64,000 nt of DNA from the human T2T-CHM13v2.0 reference genome, Homo sapiens. Both the position numbers and the translations under genes were made by a program. The stretch lies in NCBI RefSeq assembly GCF_009914755.1, contig NC_060936.1; one strand, 5' to 3'. The notes beneath the pieces were generated by a model. It was not told the origin of the DNA. It searched no databases and was given only the letters and a program-made list of their open reading frames with translations. Shown piece after piece: positions 39,940 through 53,787 of the stretch (the stretch's first letter is position 1; the number at the start of each line of letters is the position of its first letter).

Positions 39940-40960
39940 TCCATAAGCTGATCCCTTCCAAATTTCTATCTCTAAGCCTGTTTTCTTCCTAAAATTCCAG
40001 TCTCAGATATCCAACTCCCTTCAAAACATCTCAATTTGGATCCCTAGCAGACAAATTCAACATGTCCAAAATTTCTCTCAATTTCACCACTCCTCAAAAT
40101 CTATTCCTTCTCGTGTTTACCATCCCTGTTAGAATGTAGAAGCATTCACCCAGTTGCTCAAGCTGAAACATAAGATACAGTCTTGACCCCTCTCTTTTCT
40201 CTGTACCCTCCTACAGCCCATGTTAAGTTCTGCCTTGAATCTGACATCTTGCCACTATGACTCACCACCATAGTTCAAAGCAGCATTACATTTTGTTTAG
40301 ATTACTGCAGGTGCCTTTTCCCTGGTTGTCTTACTTCCATTCTCATGTTTTCAGAGGTACTAAACTATACATCAGGCAGAATGAGCTTTTCAAAATGCAA
40401 GTCAGATCAACTATTCCTTTGATCAAAACTTCTATATCTCCCAGAATCAATTTCATGGCCCACAGGCCCTAGAGGACCTGGCTGTTGAGCCATGCTATCC
40501 TCATCTCTCACCAATTCCTGCCTCATTCACTTTATTCTAGACATGCTGACCTCATTGTTGTTTCTCCAAAATTACCATCTTTCTCATGCCATGGTCTTTG
40601 CACTCACTATTTCTCCTGCCTGGAATGCTCACCTCTGAGACCCCTCACTTCATGCAGGTTTGTACTCAACAGTTGTCTTCTTAGAACGGCCCTCCCTAAT
40701 CTCTACCAAAAATCACCATACATTCCCGGCCTTTGTCACTCTCCACCTTCTCTCTTTACTTTCCTTATCTTCAGGACACTTTCTATGACCTGACATTTGT
40801 CATAAATGTATTTGTTTATTATTCATTTCCTTCTCTGGAATGTAAACTCCATGAGGGTAGGGACTTGATTTGTTAAGTTCTCTGCTATATCCTTAGACAC
40901 TAGAACCATGTTTCAACTATAGAGGCACTCATAAGTATTTTTTAATAGATTAAAAAAATG
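39940..40960 (+). mobile_element. L2a LINE, 3' ~1 kb
   Basis: CAAATTTCTATCTCTA, TTCACCCAGTTGCTCAAGC, GAATGTAAACTCCATGAGGGTAGGGAC, GGCACTCATAAGTATTT. Confidence 0.82.
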
Positions 40961-41237
40961 AAGGAAGGAAATAAGAAAAAAGAAAAGACAGAGGGAGGAT
41001 GGAATGAGGGAAGGAGAGAAGGAAGGAAGAAAGGAGGAGGGAAGGATAAAAGGAAGAAGGGAAGGGAGGGAGGAAGGAAGGAAGGAAGGAAGGAGGAAAG
41101 AAGGAAAGGAAAGAAAAGGAAAGGGAAAGGAAGGGAAGGGAAGGGAGGGAATGGAAGGAAGGGAAGGAGGGAAGGAGGGAGGGAGGGGGAGGGAGAGAGA
41201 AAGGAAGGAAAGAAGGAAACAAGAAGGGAGAGAGGGA
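40958..41237. repeat. Polypurine (GGAA/GGGA/GAAA) low-complexity tract
   Basis: direct reading. Confidence 0.95.
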
Positions 41238-41380
41238 CTTTGGCGCCTATGAGAGGACTTCAGAAAGTTCATGGAAAAAATAGAAAAGATAAAATATAAA
41301 TATAAATTTTACTTCTCAATGTAAGTTCCATCAAATTCAGACACTTTTGTAAGCAATGATACCAGCCATTAGTCTATCCC

Positions 41381-41749
41381 TGTATTAGTTCGTTCTCACA
41401 CTGCTATAAGGAAATACCTGAGACTGGGTAATTTATAAAGGAAAGAGGTTTAACTGACTCACAGTTCCATATGGCTGGGGAGTCCTCAGGAAACTTACAA
41501 TCATGGCGGAAGGGTAACAGGCATGTCTTACATGGCAGCAGGCAAGAAAGGCAAGTGTGTGAGGGAAGAACTATTAGACACTTATAAAACCATCAGATCT
41601 CATGAGAATTCACTATCAGGAGAACAGCATGGGGGACATTGCCCCCATGATCCAATCACCTCCCACCAGGTCTCTCCCTTGACACATGGGGATTATGGGG
41701 ATTACAATTCAAGATGAGATTTGAGTGGGAACACAAAGCCTAAACATCA
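41381..41749 (-). mobile_element. THE1D-like solo LTR inserted in HSMAR2
   Basis: TGTATTAGTTCGTTCTCACACTGCTATAAGG..ACACAAAGCCTAAACATCA; TSD ATCCC/TTCCC. Confidence 0.88.
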
Positions 41750-41759
41750 TTCCCTAAAA

Positions 41760-43048
<1,289 letters not shown>

Positions 43049-43228
43049 GTTTCTCTGATAGGGGCTCTTTTCAAACTGATGTCTTATCCTCCTTAGTGCC
43101 TCAAACTAGATCCTGTTCAGACATGCTATAACAAATTAGTAGGAGTTTATTTTAGTGCAAAAAAAAAAATCATGTATAGTTTTTTCATAATACACATTTT
43201 CCATGAACTTTTTGAAGACCACTTGTAT

Positions 43229-43710
43229 TGTGGTAAGCAGAATTATTGCTCCTCAAAGATGTACACATCCTATCCTTGGATCCTGTGAATGTGTTACAGA
43301 TAGAATTAAGTTCATAAGTAAGATGACCTTAAAATAGGGAGCTTATCCTGGATCATCTCGGGGGTGGGGGCAATGTAATCACAAAGTACTTAAAAGTAGA
43401 AGATGGCAGAAAAGGAGTGCAGAATGGTGTGATGTGAGAATGGAGGAAGACTCAAACAATCATAGCTTGCTTTGACGATGGAGGAAGGAATAAGCCGAGG
43501 AATGCGGGTGGCTTCCAGAAGCTGCAAAGGCAAGGAAACAGATGTCCCCCTAGAACCTCCAGAAGGAGACATAACCCTGACGACACCTTCATTTTAACCA
43601 GTGAGACCTATGTTGGACTTTAACCCTTGGAACTGTAAAGATAAAAATGTGTGTTGTTTCCAGCCACTAAATTTATATAATTTGTTACAATGGCAATAGA
43701 AAACTAATAA
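43229..43710 (+). mobile_element. MLT1D solo LTR
   Basis: TGTGGTAAGCAGAAT start; GCAATAGAAAACTAATA end. Confidence 0.85.
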
Positions 43711-43929
43711 AATTTATGCTCTTATGCTTAGATCTATACCACCCCTCCTGACCTTCCCCGTTACTCTCTTAGTGATTTGGGGATATTCCTTTGTCAGTAT
43801 AATTGTATAATTATAGTTCTCTCTTTCCCAGCACAAGAAAAGGTACAGCCTCCATCTCTTGTCTTTATGTTAGCTATTAATCATGATAACCATATTTTTT
43901 AACAAAATAGGACATAAAATGAAAAATTT

Positions 43930-44082
43930 GTTTCCTAGCTATATGACTTTGGATAAGTTACTTAACCTTTCTGTGCCTCAGTTTCCTCACTTGTAAAATG
44001 TATATTATAAGAATAATTGTTTCTCACACATCTAGAAGTAGATTAAAAATGCTCAATAAATGTTAGCTACTATTATTATTAA
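43930..44082 (+). mobile_element. MIR SINE
   Basis: TGACTTTGGATAAGTTACTTAACCTTTCTGTGCCTCAGTTTCCTCACTTGTAAAATG. Confidence 0.85.
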
Positions 44083-45022
44083 TGCATCCACTAGGATAAA
44101 ATACTGAAGTCAAGTCCCTTCCAGAAAGCCCAAGACACATAAACTCAACACTATTAAGCCATGTTAACACCAAATTCTATAATTTTCAGAGATGACTGTA
44201 AGCAATTTTGCAGGTGATAGTTTTCTTGTGTTTTCAATAATGATTTAAATTATCACTCAATCAAGATTTGACATTACTCAGTATAGGCAAAGGCATACAG
44301 AGAAATGGGCACCCTCACACTCTTTGGGCCTCAGTAACCTTCTATCTTACTTTTGCCTTTCTGTATTGCTCAAATTTTATACAGTAAGTATAAATTGTAT
44401 TTAACATTAAAATTAAAAGCTGTTGTTATTTTGAGAAAACTAAAACAATTTAGCCTTGCCGATTACAATTTGGTAATTGTCTCTTAACCTTCTCTGGGTA
44501 TATTTGCTGCAGAGAAGCTATAATGGCATATTCAATGTTCTTGTCCTCAACCCTGATAAAAGACTAGTCCTTTCAATTTCCAAGAAGCACAAAGAAAACA
44601 AAACCTGAGCCATAGGTTGTGAATATGTATAAAGAAGTAATAAAATCTATTGTATTTTTCCTACACAGGATAAGGTTGATGTGAAACTTAGTAATGTGGT
44701 TCTTTCTTGAGACATACAAAGTGCATGGGTTATACTGTCAAAAAAAAAAAAAAACACCAAAACAAAAAGAAGCCAGACATTTTTTCCAATTGTTTGCATG
44801 AACTCACCTCTTTTGAGTAAACAAAATTAATCACCATGTATTATGAGGATATGTGAATTCTACAGCTGCTTCCCACATTTCATATTTGACACTGAATAGT
44901 GCTTATGACAGGTTTCTGATGAGTTATTCCAAATTTGGGAAATTAAAAGATCATCTTCCACAGCTATTCTAATTAGGGAGAATGAAACTAAGGGTGTTGA
45001 AATGATCCACAGGAAGATTTTT

Positions 45023-45596
45023 ATTTTAATAGATTCAAGGGATACAAGTGAACCATAGTGGTAACGTCTGGGCCTTTAGTGTAGCCATCATCCCAATAGT
45101 GTACATTGTACCCACTAAATAATATCTCATCCTTCCCACCCTCCCACTGATTCTCCAGTCCTTACTATACCACTCTCTATGTCCATGTGTACACATTACT
45201 TAGCTCCTACTTATGAGACTGTGTGTTGACTTTCTAATTCACTTAAGATGATGACCTCCAGTTCCATTCATGTTGCTACAAAAAACGTAACTTTATTCTT
45301 TTTTATGACTGAGTAGTATGCCACATTTCCTTTCTTCAATCATCTATTAATGGATATTTAGGTTGGTTCTACATCTTTGCTATTGTGAATACAGCTGCAA
45401 TAAACATACAAGTGCAGACATCTTTTTGATATAATGATTTCTTTTCCTTTGGGTAGATAATAAGTAGTGGGATTGCTGGGTCAAACGGTAATTTTACTTT
45501 AGTTCTTTGAAAAATCTCCACACTGCTTCCCATAGAGGTTGTACTAATTTACATTCCCACCAATAGTGTGTAAGCATTCCCTTTTCTCTGCATCAG
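45023..45596 (-). mobile_element. L1PB (PB3/4-like) 3' end, 5'-truncated
   Basis: L1 3'UTR and ORF2 end in antisense; TSD CAGGAAGA(T/C)TTTT. Confidence 0.85.
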
Positions 45597-45983
45597 CAGG
45601 AAGACTTTTTTTAAACAGTGATCCTTTTCTATTTGTTGATTTATTATTTTATTCACAAATGTATGCATTTATTCAACTGTTATTTGTGGACCTAACACTT
45701 GCTAGATGCTGGCAATACATCAGCGGACATTCAGATGTGGTGGCTTTCTTATCCTTCATGTAAAAATGGAAAAGAGTCAAAACTACAATTTCCCTGGAAA
45801 CCTGCTGACAAAGGCTAGTAAAAATTCACAATCCATATTCTTCGATTCTTCATATTTTGTCAAGTTCATTAAAAACAAAGAGGACCTATACATGTCTGCC
45901 AAAAAGGACATGATGGATATCTGACAAAATGCATTAAAAAGAGACCAAAGGCAAGCATTTTGTCCATTTATTAATTATTTCTT

Positions 45984-48301
45984 TGATATGGTTTTGCTGT
46001 GTCCCCACCCAAATCTCCTCTTGAACTGTAACTCCCACAATTCCCATGTGTTGTGAGAGGAATGTGGTGGGAGGTAATTGAATCATGGAGGTGGGTCTTT
46101 ACCATGCTGTTCTCATGATAGTGAGTCTCATGAGATATGATGGTTTTAAAAATGGGAGTTTCCCTGCAGAAGCTCTCTCTTTGCCTTCTGCCATCCATGT
46201 AAGATGTGACTTGCTCCTCCTTGCCTTCCACCGTGATTGTGAGGCATCCCCAGCCATGTTGGACTCTATGTCCATTAAGCCTTTTTCTTTTGTAAATTGC
46301 TCAGTCTCAGGTATGTCTTTATCAGCAACATGAAAATGGACTAATACAGTAAATTATGATAACACCCCAGTAGAGTGGTGCATTGCTGAAGATACCTGAA
46401 AATGTGGAAGCAACTCTGGAACTGGGTATCAGGCAGAAGTTGAAACAGTTTGGAGAACTCAGAAGAAGACAGGAAAATGTAGGAAAGTTAAGAACTTCCT
46501 AGAGACTTGTTGAATGGCTTTGACCAAAATGCTGATAGTGATATGAACAATAAGGCCCAGGCTGAGGTGGTCTCAGATGGAGAAGAGGAACTTGTTGGGA
46601 AATGGAGCAAAGGTGACTCTTGTTATGTTTTAGCAAAGAGACTGGAGGCATTTTGCCCCTGCCCTAAAGATTTGTGGAACTTTGAACTGGAGAGAGACAA
46701 TTTAGGGTATCTGGCAGAAGAAATTTCTAAGCAGCAAAGCATTAAAGAGGTAACTTGGGTGCCGTTAAAGGCATTCAGTTTTATAAGGGAAGCAGAGAAT
46801 AAAAGTTTAGAAGATTTGCAGCCTGACAATGTGAAAGAAAAGAAAATCCCATTTTCTGAGAAATTCAAGCTGACTGCAGAAATTTGCATAAGTAATGAAG
46901 AGCCAAATGTTAATCCCCAAAACAATGGAGAAAATGTCTCCAGAGCATGTCAGAGGTCTTTACAGCAACCCCTCCCAACACAGGCCCAAATGCCTAGGAA
47001 GAAAAAATGGTTTCTTGGGCTGGGCCCAAGATCTCTGTGCTGTGTGCCACCTAGGGCCTTGGTGCCCTGCATACCAGCCACCCCAGCTATTACTAAAAGG
47101 GGCCAAGGTACAGCTTGGGCTGTGGATTTGAAGAGTGCAAGCCCCAAGCCTTGGCAGCCTCCACGTGATGTTGATCCTGAAGGTGCACAGAAGTCAAGAA
47201 TTGAAGTTTGGAAACTTCTACCTAGATTTCAGAGGATGTATGGCAACACCTGGATGTCCAGGCAGAAGTTTGCCACAGGGACAGGGCTCTCATGAAGAAC
47301 CTCTGCTAGGGCACTGCAGAAGAAAAACTTGGGGTCAAAGTCCCCATACAGAGTCCCTACTGGGGCACTGCCTAGTGAAGCTGTGAGAAGAGACCCATTG
47401 TCGTCCAGACCCCAGAATGGTAGATCCACCTAATGCTTGCACCAGGCACCTGGAAAAGCCACAGACGCTCAATGCCAGGCAGTGAAAGCAGATTGGACGG
47501 AGCTATACCCTGCAAAGCCACAGGAGCAGAGCTGCCCAAGACCATGGGAACCCACCTTTTGCTTCAGCATGACCTGGATGTGAGACATGGAGTCGAAGGA
47601 GATCATTTTGGAGCTTTAAGATTTGATTGCCCCACTGGATTTTGGACTCACATGGGGCCTATAGTCCCTTTGTTTTGGCCAATTTCTCCCATTTGAAATG
47701 GCTGTATTTACCCAACACCTATACTTCCATTGTATCTAGGAAGTAATTAGCTTGCTTTTACTACCTTGGTTTTACAGGCTCATGGTCAGAAGGGACCTGC
47801 GCTGTCTCAGATAAGACTTTGGACTGTAAACTTTTGAGCTAATGCTGAAATGAGTTAAGACTCTAGGGAACAGTTAGGAAAGCATGATTGGTTTTGAAAC
47901 GTGAGAACATGAAATTTGGGAAGAGCCAGGGAAGGAATGATATGTGGTTTGGCTGTGTCCCCACCCAAATCTCATCTTGAATTGTAAGTCCCACAATTCC
48001 CATGTGTCATGGGAGGAACTTAATGGATGTAGTCGAATCATAGGGGCAGGTCTTTCCCATGCTTTTCTCATGATGGTGAATAATGAGATCTGATGGTTTT
48101 AATAATGGGAGTTCCCCCGCACAAGCTCTCTCTTTGCCTGCTGCCACCCATGTAAGATGTGACTTGCTCCTCCTTGTCTTCCAGCATGATTGGGAGACCT
48201 CCTCAGCCATGTGGAACCATAAGTCCATTAAACCTCTTTCTTTTGTAAATTCCCCACTCTCGGGTATGTCTTTATCAGCAGTGTGAAAACGAACTAATAC
48301 A
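45984..48301 (+). mobile_element. THE1B MaLR provirus: 5' LTR 45984-46348, internal 46349-47937, 3' LTR 47938-48301
   Basis: two LTRs TGATATG..CTAATACA, THE1-int sequence, purine-rich tract before 3' LTR, perfect TTCTT TSD. Confidence 0.95.
46507..47295 (+). pseudogene. THE1-int (MaLR gag-like) ORF remnant, 262 codons open
   Basis: LNGFDQNADSDMNNK..WSKGDSCYVLAKRL..LWNFELERD..YLAEEISKQQS is the MaLR internal ORF; begins at TTG. Confidence 0.75.
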
Positions 48302-48439
48302 TTCTTCCTTCGTTAAAACTTTTTTGAACATCTACTCTGTGTTTGGTACTTTTCTAGGTGGTAGGAATACAGCAGTGAACAAAATAGATTTCATGCCCAT
48401 TCTTTTGGAGCATAACATTCTGAAGAATAACATTAAATA

Positions 48440-48770
48440 TAGTCTGCCCCCTGAATCTGTGGGCCTTGCATCTATGGATTCATGCAACTCTGAGTCAAAA
48501 ATATTGTTTTAATTTCATTTATGCTGAACATGTGCAAAGTTTTTCTTGTCATCATCACCTAAATAATACACTATAGCAACTATTTATATAGCATTTACAT
48601 TGTATTAGGTATTATAAGGAATCTGGAAATGATTTGAAGTATATGGGAGGATATGCATAGGTTAGACACAAATATTACAACATTTTATATCAGAGATTCG
48701 AGGATGTGAGGATTTTGGTATCAGGGGAGAGTCCTAGAAACAATCCCCCATGGATACCAAGTGGAGACTG
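48440..48770 (-). mobile_element. MER2 (TcMar-Tigger) DNA transposon
   Basis: AGCATTTACATTGTATTAGGTATTATAAG; terminus CCCCCATGGATACCAAGTGGAGACTG; TA flanks. Confidence 0.88.
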
Positions 48771-49864
48771 TACTTGCATTTAGTAAGATTAAATATTAAC
48801 ATTTAGTAAGAGAGTCAAAAATTTAGGAAAATGGGTCTCTGAGTGCCCTTCCCCCTCCATTTTTGCCTGTTGAAATATTGCGCTTTCATCGACATCCAGC
48901 TCAAATGCCAAGTTCACCATTTCCCCTCCTGTATGTCCCCTTTATATCTTGCTGTTTCCAAATACTTCATGCCTTCATGTTGTTTTGAGTCCATTATAGA
49001 TTACAAACCCCTTGCCTTGTTCATCTCCTAATACAGCACCTAGTATATAGCAAGACCTCAATAAATTATTCTTCAATTAAGCAATGTAAATGAAAGGATA
49101 AATAAATATCAAAGTGGTTAAGCATATTTCTTTCTTTCCAAAAGGAAAACTAGATTCAATTAATGTTCCTCCAGTCCTTAAATAAAATTATTTTTATGAC
49201 AGAGGTTTTAACCTGCTTTCTATGTAATATTGGTGTCAATTATATTTGACAAATCTGTCTAAACAGGGCCAAAAATAAACTTTTTTCTTTGATTTCCAAA
49301 ACCTACTTCTCCTGTTATTTTCCTTATATAATTTAATGACACTGATATCTTCCTGGTTGCTCAAGTTAAAAACTTCAGTTCCTGTTTGTTCATCAAGCTT
49401 TTTGTTTGTTTGTTTACTCTCCAGTACTCACCAATTCCTTTTTATTCTCCTTTGCAAATATTAATTCCATTACTTGAAACTTTCTCTTCCTTTCAGTCTT
49501 CACTACTACCCCCTTAGCAAGTCTAAATTGTTTCTTGCCTGAACTGTTGAAGCAACATCCAACAATCTCCCTACCAAGATTGCCATCTTCAATCTCACCT
49601 AAAGTTGTCTTTCAAATGGCACATTTTAGGTCACTCTGTTATAACATCTTCAGTGAATTTCAAATCACACTGTTGGAAGGTGTTTCACTGAGGAAGTATC
49701 CTCTGGTTAAATAATCTAAGGTAACATTGGCTTAAGCACATTTAAACAGGTTTCTTTGCTGCAAGACTTCTCAGAAACTGATGCTCTACTGTGCATGAGT
49801 CTCCAAGAAGAAGTAAGTATTTCACAAAATATTCAATTTGAAATGGAGAAAAACTGAGTTATGG

Positions 49865-50290
49865 GAAGCTGAGTCTGATATTGAAGACTCACTTGTCATC
49901 CATGGCAACCCCTTTTTTATCTTTCTCAATTATGGAAGTGGGAAAAATAAAAATACTCATGTCCTAGCCTTCCTGGCTGCCAGGTGAGTCTAAGTGACAA
50001 TTCTGGTCAATATCATGTAGACAGAAGTCATGGAAAGCACTTCCTTTTTACCCTTTTCAATTCTTGCTATTCCTTCCTGGAATAAAGATGTAATGCTGGA
50101 GGTATGGCAGCCACCATATACTTCTACTAAGGATGGGAGAGCAGGGAGGTGAGATTAGCCTATTTCCCTAATGGCATTATTGGCTTATAAACCAACCCTG
50201 AACTTCCCATAAGAAAGCTAAATTCCTGCATCATTGTAAGCTACTCCGGGTTTTCTGTTGCTTGCAGTTGAATGCAATCCTAATGAATAG
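49865..50290 (+). mobile_element. Old MLT1 (J/L-like) LTR nested in L2
   Basis: GGAGGTATGGCAGCCA; GGGTTTTCTGTTGCTTGCAGTTGAATGCAATCCTAA. Confidence 0.55.
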
Positions 50291-50929
50291 GATTGCAATC
50301 CTAACGAATAATATCTCACAGACATTGAGCACAGTTTTGGAAATAATAAAATACAAAATAAAGTTTAGATTTCTAAGCATGGCATACAACACACGTTTCT
50401 CATCCATCTGCCTTACTTCTAACTCTTCAATGATACTAAAATGCTTAATATTTCCAAGTATTTCTATGGCTTTATATAATGTGTATGATATGTATGGCCC
50501 TTACCAGGTCTGTCCACTGTGGGCAGCAGAATCTTGACTGTCATTATTATTGTCTTCTTCTGGTTCAGATGGCTTTCTTTAGTAAGTACTGCTTATTGAA
50601 CTAGCTGTAGCCATGTCTGTTGCTGTTAGTGACTGAACAGATCAGTGCACACTTGGAAACTTCAGGGAATAGATATTTCTTTTCCTGCTCACTGTGAACA
50701 CTAAACCTGCTAACACAGCAGAGAAATGCCTTCTAGTCCCTCCTGAGTTGGAAGTCTTTTTGTCCACTCATACTGTGTGGAGATGGATCTTTCTGGACAG
50801 AACAGTGTCTATGAGTGTTGCTCTGCCATTGTCCCCAAGGACACATCTCTATGCTGCACCATCAAGCCACCCCACTGGCTATAATGGCTAGATTTTGCTT
50901 TACAGTCATTTTACACCCACGAGCTCTGC

Positions 50930-51290
50930 CCCTCAGTCTGGCCTGCCCTTTTCTTCATCCACCTGGTAAACAACTTCTCATCCTGAAAATAAAACTAAGC
51001 TGAAATTTTACCTCCCCTGTGAAGCTCTTCCCATAACATCCAGTGCTTGTTTCTCAGGCCTATTTCTTCCCACAGCATGTTGAACGTGCCTCTATTGAAG
51101 CACTGATCACTAGGTAATATAATTTTTTATTTAGATGACTCTCAATACCAATAATCTATAAGTTCCTTAAGAAAATGTACCACATCATCTTTATATTTGA
51201 AGCCCCAGCATCCTACACTGTTTGATGTATGCTCAGTGTTCAATAAGTGTCTGATCAGTGAACAACTGACTCAACCAATGAACGATACAT
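50930..51290 (+). mobile_element. L2 3' end
   Basis: ACCTCCCCTGTGAAGCTCTTCC; GTGTTCAATAAGTGTCTGA. Confidence 0.6.
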
Positions 51291-52222
51291 AGTTGGTAAG
51301 AATATAATGCTTAAAAACTGTTCATCTTGGCCAAGGCTGAATTTCTCCTCTTGCCAATATCATCTTAGTCACCAAGAAGACTAATGAAAGGACAGAATCC
51401 AATTCTAAACTGACTACAGTCATAGCTTTATTATACATTAAGCAACACATTATTTTAATGAAATATCTACAATATAAATTATAGTATGATTGTCATAAAG
51501 ATATTAAAAAGTTTCTGCCTACCTGAAAGAACATATAAGTTATAACTTGTAATGTTAAATGTCACTGGTAAGAAGTGCTCCAAAAGATAACAGTACAAGT
51601 AAAATCACATTTCTTTCATTGTTGCCAATAATATAATCATTTGAGTTATCCCTGCCACACAGGCAGGAAGGTCAGTATTTTCCTGTTCAGGTGTCCTTGC
51701 CAATTGTCCAGGAACTCCCTAGAACTTTGAAAGGTAAATCGCTTCTCTACCTACTTCAGGGATGCAGAAGACTGCAGGTCAGCATCACCCAATGCCGCTG
51801 TTTCTCACACCACAGGTGTCAATGCTCATGCTCATCCTCATGAAGTCCCACAAGCCATGGGCTCATGTCTGTTCCATGTGACACCATGGCCAGTTTCTGT
51901 GGCCCATTCCCTCAATACTCCTAGGTTGTAACTGTAGTGAACAGCTTTTTCAGTTTGCATAATTTCCTCTTCCTAGGGCACAAGTTAGTGCAAGAACACT
52001 TAAATTCATCCCTCTCCCACAAGGGGATGAGACCTAACCCATCCCTACAACTCCCAAGGAATGAGACCTCCTCCCTGCCACTCAAAACACAAAAAGTCTC
52101 TTTACCTTCTTTCCTGATCATTCAGGCTACTTTTCCTATATGAATCCACCAAGAGAAGCTCTCAGTGTTTCTCAGGTGCCCTAAGCTACCTTTCTGAAAA
52201 GAGCCAAAATTAATAATTACAA

Positions 52223-53054
52223 TGTGATGATCAGCCTTTGCATAGTCTGAGCCTGTATCCAGATCCCCCAGCTAAGTTGCGGTTTAGTACCAGAGGAGCT
52301 AGCAGCCCTGTCCTAACAGGAAATATAGGGGAGCTGGATGTGTGTCTACAGTGTGCCTTTCACGGGACACTTCTGGTATATGTGGCGGATGGCTTAATGC
52401 CTAATTGTCCAACCTGTGGCCAGAGGTCTCTCACATGGGAAACTTGTTTATACTGGCAGATGCTCCTGAGGCTCTTTTCTGACCATTGACATGGTGCTGG
52501 GAGCCTGGCCTTATACTCTCTCCAGAGTTCCAGGGAAAACCTGTCCAGAGGCAGCTTCTGGTTCTTCAGATGCAAAATGCAAATGCATTAAAACACCACA
52601 ATAGGGAATATGTTCAAAGATTTGTTAGTCACAGATCCTGGGCAGAGAGGGCACCATGAGTCAGAAGGGCAGTCCTCTGTCCCCAGGTCACATGAGGTGG
52701 GAAGGAAGAATCAAGGGGGGACAGAGAGAGAGAGAGAGAGAGAGAGAGACGGACAGACAGACAGACAGACAGACAACTAGCAGTATATATAATCACATGG
52801 GTGATTTTAAGTTTATGAGCAAATGCCTGAATGATCCTTTTAAAGGATGAAATGGTAAAAGTGAGGAGCCCGGCCTGCTAGTCAGAAAAGACACCTCTAA
52901 GTTCTTACCTCTGGCAAATGGCTTGAGCTACTTGGAGTGTGGTATAGAACTGGAAACTGTCAAGACTGACTGAGACATGTTTCTGGTATGAGAAAGTTAA
53001 ATCTGTATTTAGAATGGATACTGAGGCCACATAAAAGTATAAGAATTCACTACA
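52223..53054 (-). mobile_element. MER54 ERVL LTR with internal (GA)n/(GACA)n
   Basis: reverse complement begins TGTAGTGAATTCTTATACTTTTATGTGGCCTCAGTATCCATT, like MER54A; left boundary approximate. Confidence 0.75.
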
Positions 53055-53196
53055 GCTCCTAACAGGCAACTTGTATAGGGGTGGTCACACATTTAATCTC
53101 AGGCGTGACATCCCCAGGTAAGACATCCCACTACATAAGAAGGAACATCAAGCCTTTAAAGCAACAAGAATGGCCAAACTCAAACAATCAAAAAAT

Positions 53197-53787
53197 AAAA
53201 GAACTAAAAGTAGAACCATGATTTGATCCAGCAATCCCATTACTGGGTATCCACCCAAAGGAAAAGAAGTCATTATACAAAAAAGATACTTGCTCACGCA
53301 TGTTTATAGCAGCACAATTCACATTTGCAAAAATGTGGAACCAACCCAAATGCCCATCAATCGACGAGTGAAGAAACTGTGAGAGATATATATATATATA
53401 CACAATGGAATACTACTCAGCCATAAAAAGAAAAGAATTAATGACATTCACAGCAACCTAGATGGGATTGGAGATGATTAGTCTAAGTGAAGTAACTCAG
53501 AAATGGAAAACCAAATATCGTATGTTCTCACTCAGAAGTGGGAGCTAAGCTATGAGGATCCAAAGGCATAAGAATGACACAGTGGAGTTTGGGGACTCTG
53601 TGGGAAATGGTGGGAAGGGGGGTGAGGGGCAAAAGACTACAAATTGGGTTCAGTGTATATTGCTCGGGTGATGGGTGCACCAAAATCTCACAAATCACCA
53701 CTCACTCATGTCACCAAATACCTATTTCCCAATAACCTATGGATATAAAAAATAATAATAAATTTAAAAAACAATAAATAAATAAAG
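53197..53787 (+). mobile_element. L1PB1 3' end, 5'-truncated
   Basis: GCTAAGCTATGAGGAT..AAAGGCATAAGAATGA..GGGTGCACCAAAATCTCACAAATCACCACT; A-rich tail. Confidence 0.88.

Noticed and set aside
40913-41299. K/E/G/R-rich and S/F/L/P-rich ORFs
   Set aside because: Translation artefacts of the polypurine tract
46243-46260. PRDM9 hotspot motif position in the THE1B LTRs
   Set aside because: The LTRs read CATCCCCAGCCAT and CCTCCTCAGCCAT, not the CCTCCCTNNCCAC hotspot variant
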